From assembly GCA_002399265.1 (NCBI GenBank), contig DHDG01000039.1:33847-97846 (forward strand): DNA of 64,000 nt. The letters run 5' to 3'. Within the stretch, counting starts at the first letter, position 1. Every line of letters starts with the position of its first letter. This document shows positions 8,488 through 18,527 of the stretch, in pieces. Below the pieces are notes generated by a model, which was not told where the DNA came from, ran no database searches, and worked only from the letters and a program-made list of their open reading frames with translations. The translations under genes and the position numbers were made by a program. Source of the stretch: Firmicutes bacterium UBA4882 (lineage in GTDB: Bacteria > Bacillota > UBA4882).

Positions 8488-9711
8488 TCATTCCAGCGAA
8501 TCGGGCATTTCCGTTAATTGGATCTGTATTGTACTGCGCTTCCCGTTGCGCAGTAGTTCAAAGCGGCAACGCTCACCCGGTTCTTTCGCACGAATAGCAC
8601 CTTGAGCCTCCGAGGGAGTGTTAATTTCCTTTCCATCGATAGTGAGAATGATATCACCCGCTTCCAGGCCGGCTTTCTGCGCAGGACTGTTGGCGTAGAT
8701 TTCGTAGACTACCACGCCGCGGCCAGGCATCACATTCAGCTGTGCTGCCAAGTCTTTGTTCAACTCCGCCAAAGTTACGCCCAGCCAGGAGCGGGGAACA
8801 TATCCTTTAGTAATCATAATATCCAGCACTTCTTTAGCGGTATTGATCGGAACCGCAAACCCAATGCCTTGCGCAGACTGAATAATGGCGGTATTAATTC
8901 CGATAACCCGCCCATTCAGGTCCACTAATGGACCGCCGCTATTGCCAGGATTAATGGCGGCATCGGTCTGGATAAAACCGCCTTCTCCATCAAGCGAGCG
9001 CCCCAATCCGCTAATAATGCCAGCTGTGACGGTGTCTTTCAATCCGTATGGGTTCCCGATGGCCAGAACCCACTGTCCCGGTTCCAGAGTAGATGAGTCA
9101 CCCAGCTCTACTACAGGAAGGTTTTCGCCAGGGATTTTTAAAACGGCGAGGTCATTAACTTTATCTTTGCCGACTACCGTAGCTTGATATTTACGCCCAT
9201 CCGCCAGCGAGACTGTTACTTCGTCTGCACCACTGACGACGTGTTCGTTGGTTAGCACATAACCATCCTTGGAGATAACGAAACCAGAGCCCTTGCCGGT
9301 GGTTTCCTGCGGCGTTTGGGGCATCGGCATAAAGCCGAAAAAGAAGTTATTGAAATTGTTATTGCCACTGGAGCGAGTCACTGTATCAATGTTAACCACC
9401 GCAGCGGCTACCTTTTTCCTGGCCTGAACAATCGGCTCGTCTTTCCAGTTCTGTGGTAATGAAATCGGAGTTGAGGATTCGGAAGGCGAAACACCAACAT
9501 TTCGACTTTTGGCTGTCTCATCAGGTTCTAATACCGATCCGCCTTTGGCAGTTTCGGAAATCGAGTTTTTATCAGAAGGAATAACCCCGGCAACCGCCAA
9601 AGTAATTACACTAGTGAACACTGAAGCAAAAATGGCTACTATCAAGACGATAAGTAAAGGATCAAAGGATTTTCCGCGCCTAAAATTGCTTGTCACTTGG
9701 ATTACCTCCAC
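8488..9711 (-). CDS. HtrA/DegP-family trypsin-like serine protease with PDZ domain, membrane-anchored
   Basis: The catalytic triad context is present (TNEHVV; GNSGGPL), followed by a C-terminal PDZ-like region and an N-terminal TM helix. Confidence 0.85.
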   Translation of the reverse strand: MEVIQVTSNFRRGKSFDPLLIVLIVAIFASVFTSVITLAVAGVIPSDKNSISETAKGGSVLEPDETAKSRNVGVSPSESSTPISLPQNWKDEPIVQARKKVAAAVVNIDTVTRSSGNNNFNNFFFGFMPMPQTPQETTGKGSGFVISKDGYVLTNEHVVSGADEVTVSLADGRKYQATVVGKDKVNDLAVLKIPGENLPVVELGDSSTLEPGQWVLAIGNPYGLKDTVTAGIISGLGRSLDGEGGFIQTDAAINPGNSGGPLVDLNGRVIGINTAIIQSAQGIGFAVPINTAKEVLDIMITKGYVPRSWLGVTLAELNKDLAAQLNVMPGRGVVVYEIYANSPAQKAGLEAGDIILTIDGKEINTPSEAQGAIRAKEPGERCRFELLRNGKRSTIQIQLTEMPDSLE

Positions 9712-9957
9712 TCACTGAATTGTATGAAATGGGTCTGTCAAATTAAACATGCTGTTACCGCGGCTTCTGTCTAAAAAAACGATTGAAAGACTAAAAAGTT
9801 CCTGAGCGATTACTTGAGCGGTAGCCTAGGCTGTCATTAGTGCGCCTTATCTCAGATTTTATCCGCCAAATCAGGAGGAAATGGGCTGGTGGGGTGGAAT
9901 AAAGGTGAGAGAAAGCATGTGCGCAATTGTGCACATTTTGCTAAAAGGGGATAGAAC

Positions 9958-10836
9958 ATGGCACTTAGTATGACGGGTTTTGGCCGTGGAGAATATAGCA
10001 GTCCGTTCTATAAAGTAAAAATCGAGATTCGCAGCGTTAATCATCGCTATTTGGACCTTTCTTTTCGAATCCCCCGGGCCTATCAGATTCTGGAAGATAA
10101 ACTCAGAACGGTTCTCAACGAAAGCCTTGCGCGCGGCAAGGTTGATATTACTGTTGCAATTCAGCCTGCTTTAGAATCCGAAAAAAAGGTTGAAGTTGAC
10201 TGGGGTCTAGCCGATGGATATGTGGCTGCCCTTAATGCGATCAAAGAGCGTTATGGCTTAGCCGACGAGCTTTCACTAGGCTCATTGCAGATCATGCCGG
10301 ATATTATTAAACCGGCCGAAAACGAACAGGATCTCGAAGTACTCTGGGATGCGGTGCAGCCTGCGCTGATGGAAGCTATTGAAACCCTCCTTGCAACCAG
10401 AAAGCGCGAAGGCAGCGCTATGGCAGCAGATGTTGCCAATCGGTTGGCCACAATTACTGAGCTGACGAAGCAAGTAGCTGAACGCGCGCCCGCCGTAACT
10501 GAGTCTTACCGTAACCGTTTGGAAAAGCGGCTGGCAGAACTAGATTTAGATGTGATGGCCGATCCTGCGCGGATCGCAACCGAAATTGCGCTATACGCTG
10601 ATCGTACCAATATTGATGAAGAAATAACCAGACTGCAGAGCCATCTTGTTCAAGGCCGCGATTTGCTGAAGTCTACTGATTCAATTGGTCGGCGCTTTGA
10701 TTTTCTGCTTCAAGAACTAAACCGCGAAGCCAACACGATTGGTTCAAAGGCCAACGATCTGGCTTTGTCAAATATTGTAATCGAAGTAAAAAGTGAGCTC
10801 GAGAAGATACGTGAACAGATTCAAAACATTGAATAG
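9958..10836 (+). CDS. yicC: YicC-family protein (YloC-like)
   Basis: The N-terminus MALSMTGFGRGEYSS...NHRYLD is characteristic. The gene sits at the conserved position upstream of remA/gmk. Confidence 0.85.
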   Translation: MALSMTGFGRGEYSSPFYKVKIEIRSVNHRYLDLSFRIPRAYQILEDKLRTVLNESLARGKVDITVAIQPALESEKKVEVDWGLADGYVAALNAIKERYGLADELSLGSLQIMPDIIKPAENEQDLEVLWDAVQPALMEAIETLLATRKREGSAMAADVANRLATITELTKQVAERAPAVTESYRNRLEKRLAELDLDVMADPARIATEIALYADRTNIDEEITRLQSHLVQGRDLLKSTDSIGRRFDFLLQELNREANTIGSKANDLALSNIVIEVKSELEKIREQIQNIE

Positions 10837-10849
10837 GGAGGTGAGAATT

Positions 10850-11158
10850 TTGGCCTTGCCAAAGCTTACTCCGGAAGAGAAACTGAAAGCTCTGAAGAAG
10901 GCACAGGAAATGCGGAGTCAGCGGGCTCGCATAAGGCATCAACTCAAATCTGGTCAAACTAATATTCGCGCTATTCTCGATCAAACTTCTGATGATGTAG
11001 TCGCAAAAATGCGAGTTGCTTACCTGATCGAATCATTGCCACGGATTGGAAAAGTTCGTACCCGGAAAATCATGACCGAACTTGGTATTGATGAAACACG
11101 CCGTATCCAGGGGCTCGGGATCAGGCAAAAGAAAGCCCTCCTGGAAAAGTTGGGATAG
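10850..11158 (+). CDS. Integration host factor, actinobacterial-type (mIHF-like) small DNA-binding protein
   Basis: There is a TTG start after GGGAGGTGAG. The sequence ALPKLTPEEK...IMTELGIDETRRIQGLGIRQKKALLEKLG closely resembles mIHF/sIHF proteins. The track ORF begins earlier, at 10793, overlapping yicC. Confidence 0.6.
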   Translation: MALPKLTPEEKLKALKKAQEMRSQRARIRHQLKSGQTNIRAILDQTSDDVVAKMRVAYLIESLPRIGKVRTRKIMTELGIDETRRIQGLGIRQKKALLEKLG

Positions 11159-11168
11159 TCATGATACG

Positions 11169-11206
11169 TCCGGGCAGGATAAGCCTGCCCGGATCATGTC
11201 TTTTTT
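11169..11206 (+). terminator. Rho-independent terminator after the mIHF-like gene
   Basis: The stem tccgggcagg/cctgcccgga is followed by TTTTTT. Confidence 0.6.
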
Positions 11207-11262
11207 GGTTCAGAAGTGAATGATAATAACCGCTATGTCAGTGCCTGGAAGGGGGAACCCTA

Positions 11263-11529
11263 GTGGAAATAAAGCTCATCAACATCGGCTTTGGCAATAT
11301 TGTCGCAGCTAATCGTATTATCGCCATCGTCAGCCCGGAATCGGCGCCAATCAAGCGAATTATTCAGGAAAGTCGTGACCGCGGAATGCTGATCGATGCA
11401 ACTTATGGTCGACGTACCAGAGCTGTCATTATTACCGACAGCGACCATGTTATTCTTTCAGCAGTACAACCGGAGACTGTTGCTAATCGGCTTTCCAGCA
11501 AAGACAACAGCTCCGATCCTGAGGACTGA
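11263..11529 (+). CDS. remA: RemA (YlzA, DUF370) biofilm/matrix regulatory protein
   Basis: Near-identity to the RemA core ([12 protein letters not shown]...PESAPIKR...[20 protein letters not shown]). The start is GTG. Confidence 0.85.
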   Translation: MEIKLINIGFGNIVAANRIIAIVSPESAPIKRIIQESRDRGMLIDATYGRRTRAVIITDSDHVILSAVQPETVANRLSSKDNSSDPED

Positions 11530-11535
11530 GCAGGG

Positions 11536-12180
11536 TTGAAAATGTCAGACAAAGCAGTGATTGAAAAAGGAATTTTATTAGTAATCTCAGGGCCTTCCGG
11601 AGTCGGAAAAAACAGCGTACTCAACCGGGTGCTGGAATTATCTCCGTGTGTTTATTCCATATCCGCCACTACGAGAACCCCGCGTCCAGGTGAAGTGGAT
11701 GGCAAAAATTATTATTTTTACTCGCCAGACGAATTCCAAAAAGAGATTGACGATCATATGTTTTTGGAATGGGCTTGCGTCTACGGCGATTATTATGGTA
11801 CCCCTGCCGCGCTTGTCAATGATACGCTTAACAAGGGCCAAGATGTGGTACTGGATCTCGACATCCAGGGTGCCAGACAAGTGCGTGCCGCTATGCCTGA
11901 GGCAGTGTTGGTTTTCCTGTATCCGCCATCTCTGCAAGAGTTGTGCAACCGCTTAAGGCATCGGGGTACAGAAAAGGTCGATGCGCAGATCAAACGATTG
12001 GACTACGTGAAAGAAGAATTGGCAGCCGTCAATGAGTATGATTATTTGGTAATTAACGATGATCTCGATAAAGCTGTAGATCAAATCATACATATTTGGC
12101 AGGCTGAGAAATTGCGCGTCTCCAGAAAAAATACCGCCTTTCTGAACGAGTGTTTTTTTGATAAGGGTCAAAGAGGTTAG
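11536..12180 (+). CDS. gmk: Guanylate kinase
   Basis: The P-loop GPSGVGK is present, the length is typical of Gmk, and synteny fits. Confidence 0.9.
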   Translation: MKMSDKAVIEKGILLVISGPSGVGKNSVLNRVLELSPCVYSISATTRTPRPGEVDGKNYYFYSPDEFQKEIDDHMFLEWACVYGDYYGTPAALVNDTLNKGQDVVLDLDIQGARQVRAAMPEAVLVFLYPPSLQELCNRLRHRGTEKVDAQIKRLDYVKEELAAVNEYDYLVINDDLDKAVDQIIHIWQAEKLRVSRKNTAFLNECFFDKGQRG

Positions 12181-12244
12181 CTCAAAGTGGTTAGCTTAAG
12201 GCTAGTTTAGGCTGACTGCTGAGGATTAGCTAAAAAGCCTTTTG

Positions 12245-12280
12245 CCAGAGCCCGTTCGAACGGGCTCTGGTTGTTTAATT
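12245..12280 (+). terminator. Rho-independent terminator after gmk
   Basis: A 12-bp stem ccagagcccgtt/aacgggctctgg is followed by a T-rich run. Confidence 0.6.
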
Positions 12281-12294
12281 CGGAGGAGATCCCC

Positions 12295-14832
12295 ATGAAT
12301 GAAACCATATTTGTCAGAGTGGCATTACCCGTCCCCGGCGGCGACAACGGCATATTTCAATACTCAGTTCCTGAAGAACTGGCGTCCAAAGCTGTTTTGG
12401 GGGCGATGGTCACTGTTCCGCTTAGCAGCCGTAGAGTAACCGGATTTGTTGTCGGCTGCGATGATGTGCCTTTAGCCGGTGTCAGAATTAGACCCATTCT
12501 CGCGGTTGAGGATCAGCCATTGATTTTGCCGCATTTACTCAATCTGGGCGGTACTTGGCTACCTCAACAATACTGTGCCTCGCCGTATTATGGCCTGCGT
12601 TTGATGGTGCCACCTTCCGGTTCCGCGGGCACAAGGGTTACTGTTAAGCCTGAATATGAAACTGTGGCACAGAGCATTGAATGTTATCACTTTCCGCCGG
12701 CCGTTCAGGATCAGCTGCTGGAGTTGCTTCCGGAGTGCGCTACCAGCGGCCTGAGCATGCAAGAAATCAGGCATCGACTTGATAAGCAAGCGATGCTGGC
12801 CTTTAAAACACTGCTTAACGAAGGAATTTTCTTTAATGAGAAAATTAAGGCCCGCGGCAATGATAGCGCGAAATCTGCCGCCAGGCTATTTGCGATAAAG
12901 GCCAATCTGGATCGGGAAGGGCTAAAGCGAAAACAAGCTGCCAGGGAGCTTACCGCAAGGCAGTTTGAAATAGCGGCCAAACTAATCGGGGCAGAACCCG
13001 CCAATATTTCCAAATTGGCTGTCGCCGCCGGATGCGCACCTGCTACCCTCAAGAATCTAATCGAAAAGGACATTCTTAGCGCAGCGACAACGGAGTCACT
13101 GGGGCTGGGGACGGGCGCGGGGGCGGGACAACAGCTGGCTGCCAGCGAATCCCGGACCAGTTGCGCACTGGAACAGCCTCCGGAATTAACCCCGGATCAG
13201 CAAACTGCTGTCGCGCAAATACGGCAAGCATTACATGACAAGGCACCAACTGTTTTCTTACTGCATGGCATTACCGGCAGTGGGAAAACAGAAGTCTACC
13301 TGCGTGTCATTGCAGACGTCTTGGAACGTCAGCAGCAAGCTCTGTTGATTGTGCCGGAGATCTCTCTAACTCCTCAATTAATGAATCGTGTCAGGGCACG
13401 CTTTGGTAACCAGGCAGCCATCCTTCACAGCGCGTTGCCGGCAGCACAGCGGCGCAGTGAATGGCATCGGATCGCAGAAGGGCAAGCGCCCCTGGTGGTA
13501 GGCGCCCGTTCCGCTCTGTTTGCCCCATTGGCAAATCCGGGCGTGATTATCTTGGATGAAGAGCATGAAAACAGCTATAAACAAGACGAAGCTCCGCGCT
13601 ACCACACGCGAGAAGTTGCGGAGCATATGGTGCGCACCACTGGAGGCGTTCTGATATTGGGCAGTGCCACGCCAGCGATTGAGACCTATTATCGCAGCGA
13701 AAATGATCAAATGCGGCGTCTGACGCTGCCATCCAGAATTGGCAACCGGTCTTTGGCGGAGACCACTGTTGTTGATATGAGAGAAGAGCTAAAGAAGGGG
13801 AATCGCACAATCTTCAGTCAGTCACTGCGCGCAGCCGTCACGGAAACTCTGCAGCGGCATGAACAATGCATTCTGTTTCTGAATAGGCGAGGCTATTCTA
13901 CATTTGTGCTATGCCGGGAATGTGGTCATGTAATGAAATGCCCGCATTGCGATGTCAGTCTGACCTACCATGACCCCGACACCATGCTTTGTTGTCACTA
14001 TTGCGGTTTTGAGCAACGCTCACCGGAAATATGTCCCCATTGCGGCGGGAGTGCAATCCGCTTCTTTGGCACGGGGACGCAGAAAGTGCAGGCGGAACTG
14101 AAGCAGCTTTTCCCGCAAGCCCGTGTCGCTCGCATGGATGCCGATACCACAGCGCGCAAAGGCAGTCATGAACAGTTCTATAACGCCTTCGCACGTCATG
14201 AGATTGATATCCTCGTTGGCACGCAAATGGTTGCGAAAGGCCTCGATATCCCAAATGTCACATTGGTAGGCATTATTTCTTCTGATACTGCCCTGCATTT
14301 ACCTGACTTTCGGGCTGCGGAACGCACGTTTCAGCTCATTACACAGGTTTCAGGCAGAGCCGGGCGGGGGACACGACCCGGTAAGGTCATTCTCCAGACT
14401 TATAATCCGTCCCATTACAGCATTGAAATGGCGGCCAGACAGGATTATCCGTCTTTTTATGAGAAAGAGATTCAGTTCAGGGAGGAAGGCTGGTACCCTC
14501 CATTTAGCCGTCTCATTAGCTTTACAGCTCTAGCTGCAGACGAGGAGGCCGCGGAACAAATTCTGGCAGAAACGGCCGACAATCTATCGGAGCGAATTAG
14601 CGCATTAAACAAGGTGCGGCCGGCCCAAAAAGGCATCCGGTCCGAAATTCTGGGACCGATACCGGCGCCCATTGCACGCATTCAAAATAGATATCGCAGC
14701 CGGTTGGTGCTTAAAATCGACACCGATATTAGCCCGGCTGACTTGCTGGACAACGAGTTGGCTGCCAAGCTACGTTCACCAGGTAAAGGAATTTCCGTGA
14801 CAGTCGATATTAATCCCTATTCCATTGTATAA
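12295..14832 (+). CDS. priA: Primosomal protein N' (PriA helicase)
   Basis: The Walker A motif GITGSGKTEVY, the DEEH box, and the Cys4 zinc-binding motifs (CRECGHVMKCPHCDVSL...CHYCG...CPHCG) are present. The ATG at 12295 is preceded by GGAGGAG. Confidence 0.85.
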   Translation: MNETIFVRVALPVPGGDNGIFQYSVPEELASKAVLGAMVTVPLSSRRVTGFVVGCDDVPLAGVRIRPILAVEDQPLILPHLLNLGGTWLPQQYCASPYYGLRLMVPPSGSAGTRVTVKPEYETVAQSIECYHFPPAVQDQLLELLPECATSGLSMQEIRHRLDKQAMLAFKTLLNEGIFFNEKIKARGNDSAKSAARLFAIKANLDREGLKRKQAARELTARQFEIAAKLIGAEPANISKLAVAAGCAPATLKNLIEKDILSAATTESLGLGTGAGAGQQLAASESRTSCALEQPPELTPDQQTAVAQIRQALHDKAPTVFLLHGITGSGKTEVYLRVIADVLERQQQALLIVPEISLTPQLMNRVRARFGNQAAILHSALPAAQRRSEWHRIAEGQAPLVVGARSALFAPLANPGVIILDEEHENSYKQDEAPRYHTREVAEHMVRTTGGVLILGSATPAIETYYRSENDQMRRLTLPSRIGNRSLAETTVVDMREELKKGNRTIFSQSLRAAVTETLQRHEQCILFLNRRGYSTFVLCRECGHVMKCPHCDVSLTYHDPDTMLCCHYCGFEQRSPEICPHCGGSAIRFFGTGTQKVQAELKQLFPQARVARMDADTTARKGSHEQFYNAFARHEIDILVGTQMVAKGLDIPNVTLVGIISSDTALHLPDFRAAERTFQLITQVSGRAGRGTRPGKVILQTYNPSHYSIEMAARQDYPSFYEKEIQFREEGWYPPFSRLISFTALAADEEAAEQILAETADNLSERISALNKVRPAQKGIRSEILGPIPAPIARIQNRYRSRLVLKIDTDISPADLLDNELAAKLRSPGKGISVTVDINPYSIV

Positions 14833-14863
14833 TAGAACTGTGGGATAACTGAGGAGGGCTATT

Positions 14864-15337
14864 ATGGCTATACTTCCAATTCGCGAGTTTGAAGATCCGA
14901 TTTTAAGAAAAAAGGCTCTGCCGGTGGAGAAGATCACACGGCGAACCCAGAGAATTATTAAGGATATGATAGAGACCTTACACGACGCGGAAGGTGCAGG
15001 ATTAGCCGCGCCGCAAATAGGCCTTTCGGAGCGCATGATTGTGGTCGATGTTGGCGAAGGACCGATTGCGCTCATTAATCCGCAAATTCTTGAGGCTGAT
15101 GGCTCTCAGCGCGATGTTGAAGGATGCCTTAGTCTCCCAGGGGTAAGTGGCTACGTGACACGTAAGGACCGTGTTGTCGTAGAAGGGCTTAATGAGAATG
15201 GGAAGGCTGTGCGCCTTGAAGCAAAAGGTCTTATGTCGCGTGCATTCCAACATGAAATCGACCATTTGGACGGGAAGCTGTTTGTTGACTATCTTCCGCA
15301 GGATAAGGCGCATAATAAGACAGGTAATCCAAAATGA
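14864..15337 (+). CDS. def: Peptide deformylase
   Basis: The motifs EGCLSLPG and HEIDHLDG are present. Confidence 0.9.
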   Translation: MAILPIREFEDPILRKKALPVEKITRRTQRIIKDMIETLHDAEGAGLAAPQIGLSERMIVVDVGEGPIALINPQILEADGSQRDVEGCLSLPGVSGYVTRKDRVVVEGLNENGKAVRLEAKGLMSRAFQHEIDHLDGKLFVDYLPQDKAHNKTGNPK

Positions 15338-16302
15338 TGGTAGCATCCAAAATACGGACAGTTTTTATGGGTTCTCCCGAGTTCGCTGTGGAATCATTGA
15401 AGGCCCTTCATCAATGCAGCTTTATTGAGTTGTTAGGAGTCGTAACGCAACCGGATCGACCCAAAGGGCGCGGCTTAAAGATTCAGCCGCCACCTGTAAA
15501 GGTTTTTGCGGAGCAAATTGGTATCCCTGTATGGCAACCGGAGCGCGTTGCTGCACCGGATTTTATGGCGCAGATGCGATTACTCAGCCCTGAGTTAATC
15601 GTTGTGGTCGCGTTTGGACAGAAAATACCGACGGCATTGCTGGAACTACCACCTTTGGGATGCATTAATGTGCATGGCTCGTTATTGCCGGAGTATAGGG
15701 GAGCCGCTCCAATTCATCGAGCTATTATCGATGGTCGCACCGTTACGGGTGTAACCACCATGTATTTAGATGCGGGTTGGGACACTGGCGACATGATTCT
15801 GAAACGGGAATTGACCATCGCTCCGGATGAGACGGTTGGCAGTCTTCACGACCGCATGGCCTTGGCTGGCGGCGGATTATTGGCTCAGACGGCAACGTGC
15901 ATTCGTAACGGAAACGCTCCGCGTATCGCCCAAGATCATCAAAAAGCGACCTACGCGCCGAAGTTGAACTCGGCAGACGGCTTGATCCATTGGGATCAAT
16001 CAGCCTTGGAAATTGGCAATCTCATTCGGGGCTTAGATCCCTGGCCATCCGCTTTTACCTATTATGGTGATCGGCAGTTGCGGCTTTACTGTCCTGAGGT
16101 AATTGACCAGGATGTACGGAACTTTCCAAGCGGTGCAATCGTTAAAATAGATAAGGGGCAAGGTTTTATCGTTAGCACGGGTAAGGGCAGTCTGCTCATC
16201 AAAGAAGTACAGCCTGCTGGCAAAAAAAGAATGTCGGCGGGGGCTTTTCTCCAAGGCTACCCTCTGGAGCAGGGCGATCGGTTCGAGAGTAGGGTTCCTT
16301 AA
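15334..16302 (+). CDS. fmt: Methionyl-tRNA formyltransferase
   Basis: The Fmt N-terminal formyltransferase domain (VFMGSPEFAV...HGSLLP) and C-terminal domain are present. The start overlaps the def stop. Confidence 0.9.
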   Translation: MMVASKIRTVFMGSPEFAVESLKALHQCSFIELLGVVTQPDRPKGRGLKIQPPPVKVFAEQIGIPVWQPERVAAPDFMAQMRLLSPELIVVVAFGQKIPTALLELPPLGCINVHGSLLPEYRGAAPIHRAIIDGRTVTGVTTMYLDAGWDTGDMILKRELTIAPDETVGSLHDRMALAGGGLLAQTATCIRNGNAPRIAQDHQKATYAPKLNSADGLIHWDQSALEIGNLIRGLDPWPSAFTYYGDRQLRLYCPEVIDQDVRNFPSGAIVKIDKGQGFIVSTGKGSLLIKEVQPAGKKRMSAGAFLQGYPLEQGDRFESRVP

Positions 16303-16328
16303 TATATCCTAAAAGAAGGTGGTTGTAA

Positions 16329-17024
16329 ATGTATCCTCTTTTATGGGGAGATGCGACTTTTTTATTAGTGATTCCAGCTTTTTTATTGGCGATATATGCA
16401 CAGATGAAAGTGCAGGGAACGTATAGCAAATATTCAAAAGTGGCAGCCCGCTCCGGGTACACCGGTGCTCAGATGGCTCGCGCCTTATTGGATGCCAACC
16501 AGCTTAGCCATGTGTCCATTGAGATCACCGGCGGGCGGCTTTCGGATCATTATGATCCCGGCGAAAAAGTGCTGCGTCTTTCGCCGGAAGTGTATCACGG
16601 AAAATCTTTGGCAGCATTGGGGATCGCCGCGCACGAAATCGGACACGCTGCGCAGCATGCCAGGGCATATGTGCCTTTGGCCATTCGGAACAGTTTGGTT
16701 CCGATTGCCAATATCGGCAGTAATATGGCATTTCCTCTGTTTTTTATTGGTCTATTGATGCAAACCGGTTGGCTGGTGGACGCCGGGATCATTCTCTTTG
16801 CGGCCGCTGTTGCTTTTCAGCTTTTTACATTACCGGTTGAATTCAACGCCAGTAACAGAGCAATGGCTATGCTTGAAGGTCATGGCTATCTGTCCAGAGG
16901 CGAAGAACTGCAAGGCGCAAAAAAAGTGCTCAGTGCTGCTGCTCTGACTTATATTGCGGCTACTGCTGTCGCGTTGCTGCAATTGGTGCGCTTGCTGCTC
17001 CTGCGCGGGAGAAGGAATGACTAA
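16329..17024 (+). CDS. YugP-family putative zinc metallopeptidase (membrane)
   Basis: The HEIGHAAQH zinc-binding motif is present, and the sequence is close to B. subtilis YugP throughout. Confidence 0.75.
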   Translation: MYPLLWGDATFLLVIPAFLLAIYAQMKVQGTYSKYSKVAARSGYTGAQMARALLDANQLSHVSIEITGGRLSDHYDPGEKVLRLSPEVYHGKSLAALGIAAHEIGHAAQHARAYVPLAIRNSLVPIANIGSNMAFPLFFIGLLMQTGWLVDAGIILFAAAVAFQLFTLPVEFNASNRAMAMLEGHGYLSRGEELQGAKKVLSAAALTYIAATAVALLQLVRLLLLRGRRND

Positions 17025-18462
17025 CACTAGCCTTAAGGGCCACCAGAAGAAACCCAAAGCTCAAGTTAAGGTTCCAGAGGCGCGCACCATGGCGCTTCAG
17101 ATCCTCCTCCAAATAGAAAAAAATGAGGCTTATGCAAACATTGCACTGGATGCTGCCTTTCAAAAGTGGCCGGCATCCAAGCAGGAGCGAGCTTTCTGTA
17201 CTGAGCTGGTCTACGGTACTGTACGTCACCAGCTTACCCTGGATTGGATCGCCGGCATCTTTCTAAATCGTGGTAATACCGAGGACTTAACTCCAGCCAT
17301 CCGCAACATTCTGAGGATGGCTTTTTACCAATTGCACTTCATGCACTATCAACCCGAAGCCGCTGTAGTTGATGAAGCGGTCAAACTGGCATTGCGATTC
17401 GGTCACAGCGGCGTCTCCAAACTGGTGAATGCTGTACTGCGGTCTTATTTGCGCAACCCTGAAAAGGTTGTTTACCCTTCGGTAGAAGCAGAACCTGCCA
17501 AGTATCTTTCGATCAGATATTCCCATCCATCTTGGTTGGTTGAACGCTGGCTGAACCGATTCGGCTTCGAGACCACCGCCAGATTATGCGATTTTAACAA
17601 TGGTCCTGCGCCGGTCTGTATCCGGGTCAATACCTTGCGCTGTAGTAGAGAAGAGCTGATTGAGAGACTTCTTGCTGAGCAGGTCGTGGTAGCTCAATCG
17701 CTGTTGGTCCCTGAAGGACTGACAATCAGTGGTTTTAATCGCATTGAATCGCTTCCGTCGCATCGGGATGGATGGTTTATCGTTCAAGACGAAAGTTCAA
17801 TGATAGTCGGCCATGCGGTGGCTCCAAAACCCGGAGAAACAATCATTGATCTGTGTGGGGCACCAGGCGGCAAAGCTACACATCTGGCTCAATTGATGCA
17901 TAATGAAGGCCAAATTATCAGTGTTGATCTTCATGAGCAAAGGACCAGGCTAATTCAAGAAAATGCTAGCCGGCTCGGTGTCAGGATAATCGCTACAGTG
18001 GCCGGAGACGCTCTGAATTTTAGAATGCCTGCCGACGGCGGAGCAGCGGATGCCGTTTTATTGGATGCGCCTTGCACCGGTACTGGTGTCATCAGGCGGC
18101 GGGCTGATTCCCGCTGGCGCCGCATGCCGCGCGATATCAGTGAGTTGGCTGATTTACAGTACCGGCTACTGGAGCAGGCGGCTACGCTGGTAGAGCAGGG
18201 CGGGCGCTTGGTCTACTCCACCTGTTCTTTAGAGCCGGAGGAAAACCACTTATTAATTGAACGTTTTCTGAAACAGCATCAAGAATTCAGACCGGCCGAT
18301 CTCAGCGGGTTGTTATCCGCCAGACTACAGTCTTCTGCCGGGGCGGACAATCTGGGACGTCCAGAGCATCAGGGGCTTCAGGGGCCGGGCTTTTTTTACT
18401 TACTCCCTTGGGTACATAATACCGACGGTTTCTTTATCTGTCGCATGGAACGGGTCGTGTAA
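17017..18462 (+). CDS. rsmB: 16S rRNA (cytosine967-C5)-methyltransferase RsmB (NusB-like domain + SAM-MTase)
   Basis: The ATG at 17017 follows GGGAGAAGG and overlaps the yugP stop by 8 nt. The NusB fold, the SAM motif DLCGAPGGK, and the catalytic TCS motif are present. Confidence 0.85.
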   Translation: MTNTSLKGHQKKPKAQVKVPEARTMALQILLQIEKNEAYANIALDAAFQKWPASKQERAFCTELVYGTVRHQLTLDWIAGIFLNRGNTEDLTPAIRNILRMAFYQLHFMHYQPEAAVVDEAVKLALRFGHSGVSKLVNAVLRSYLRNPEKVVYPSVEAEPAKYLSIRYSHPSWLVERWLNRFGFETTARLCDFNNGPAPVCIRVNTLRCSREELIERLLAEQVVVAQSLLVPEGLTISGFNRIESLPSHRDGWFIVQDESSMIVGHAVAPKPGETIIDLCGAPGGKATHLAQLMHNEGQIISVDLHEQRTRLIQENASRLGVRIIATVAGDALNFRMPADGGAADAVLLDAPCTGTGVIRRRADSRWRRMPRDISELADLQYRLLEQAATLVEQGGRLVYSTCSLEPEENHLLIERFLKQHQEFRPADLSGLLSARLQSSAGADNLGRPEHQGLQGPGFFYLLPWVHNTDGFFICRMERVV

Positions 18463-18527
18463 TGGCGGCAGGTTTCCACTTACATTTACTGGAATGGCGA
18501 ACGGCCACACAGAACGGCGCAACTTCG

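Noticed and set aside
12181-12294. Possible rpoZ between gmk and priA
   Set aside because: The gap is only 114 nt and is occupied by a terminator hairpin and the priA RBS. There is no room for a ~70-aa omega subunit gene.
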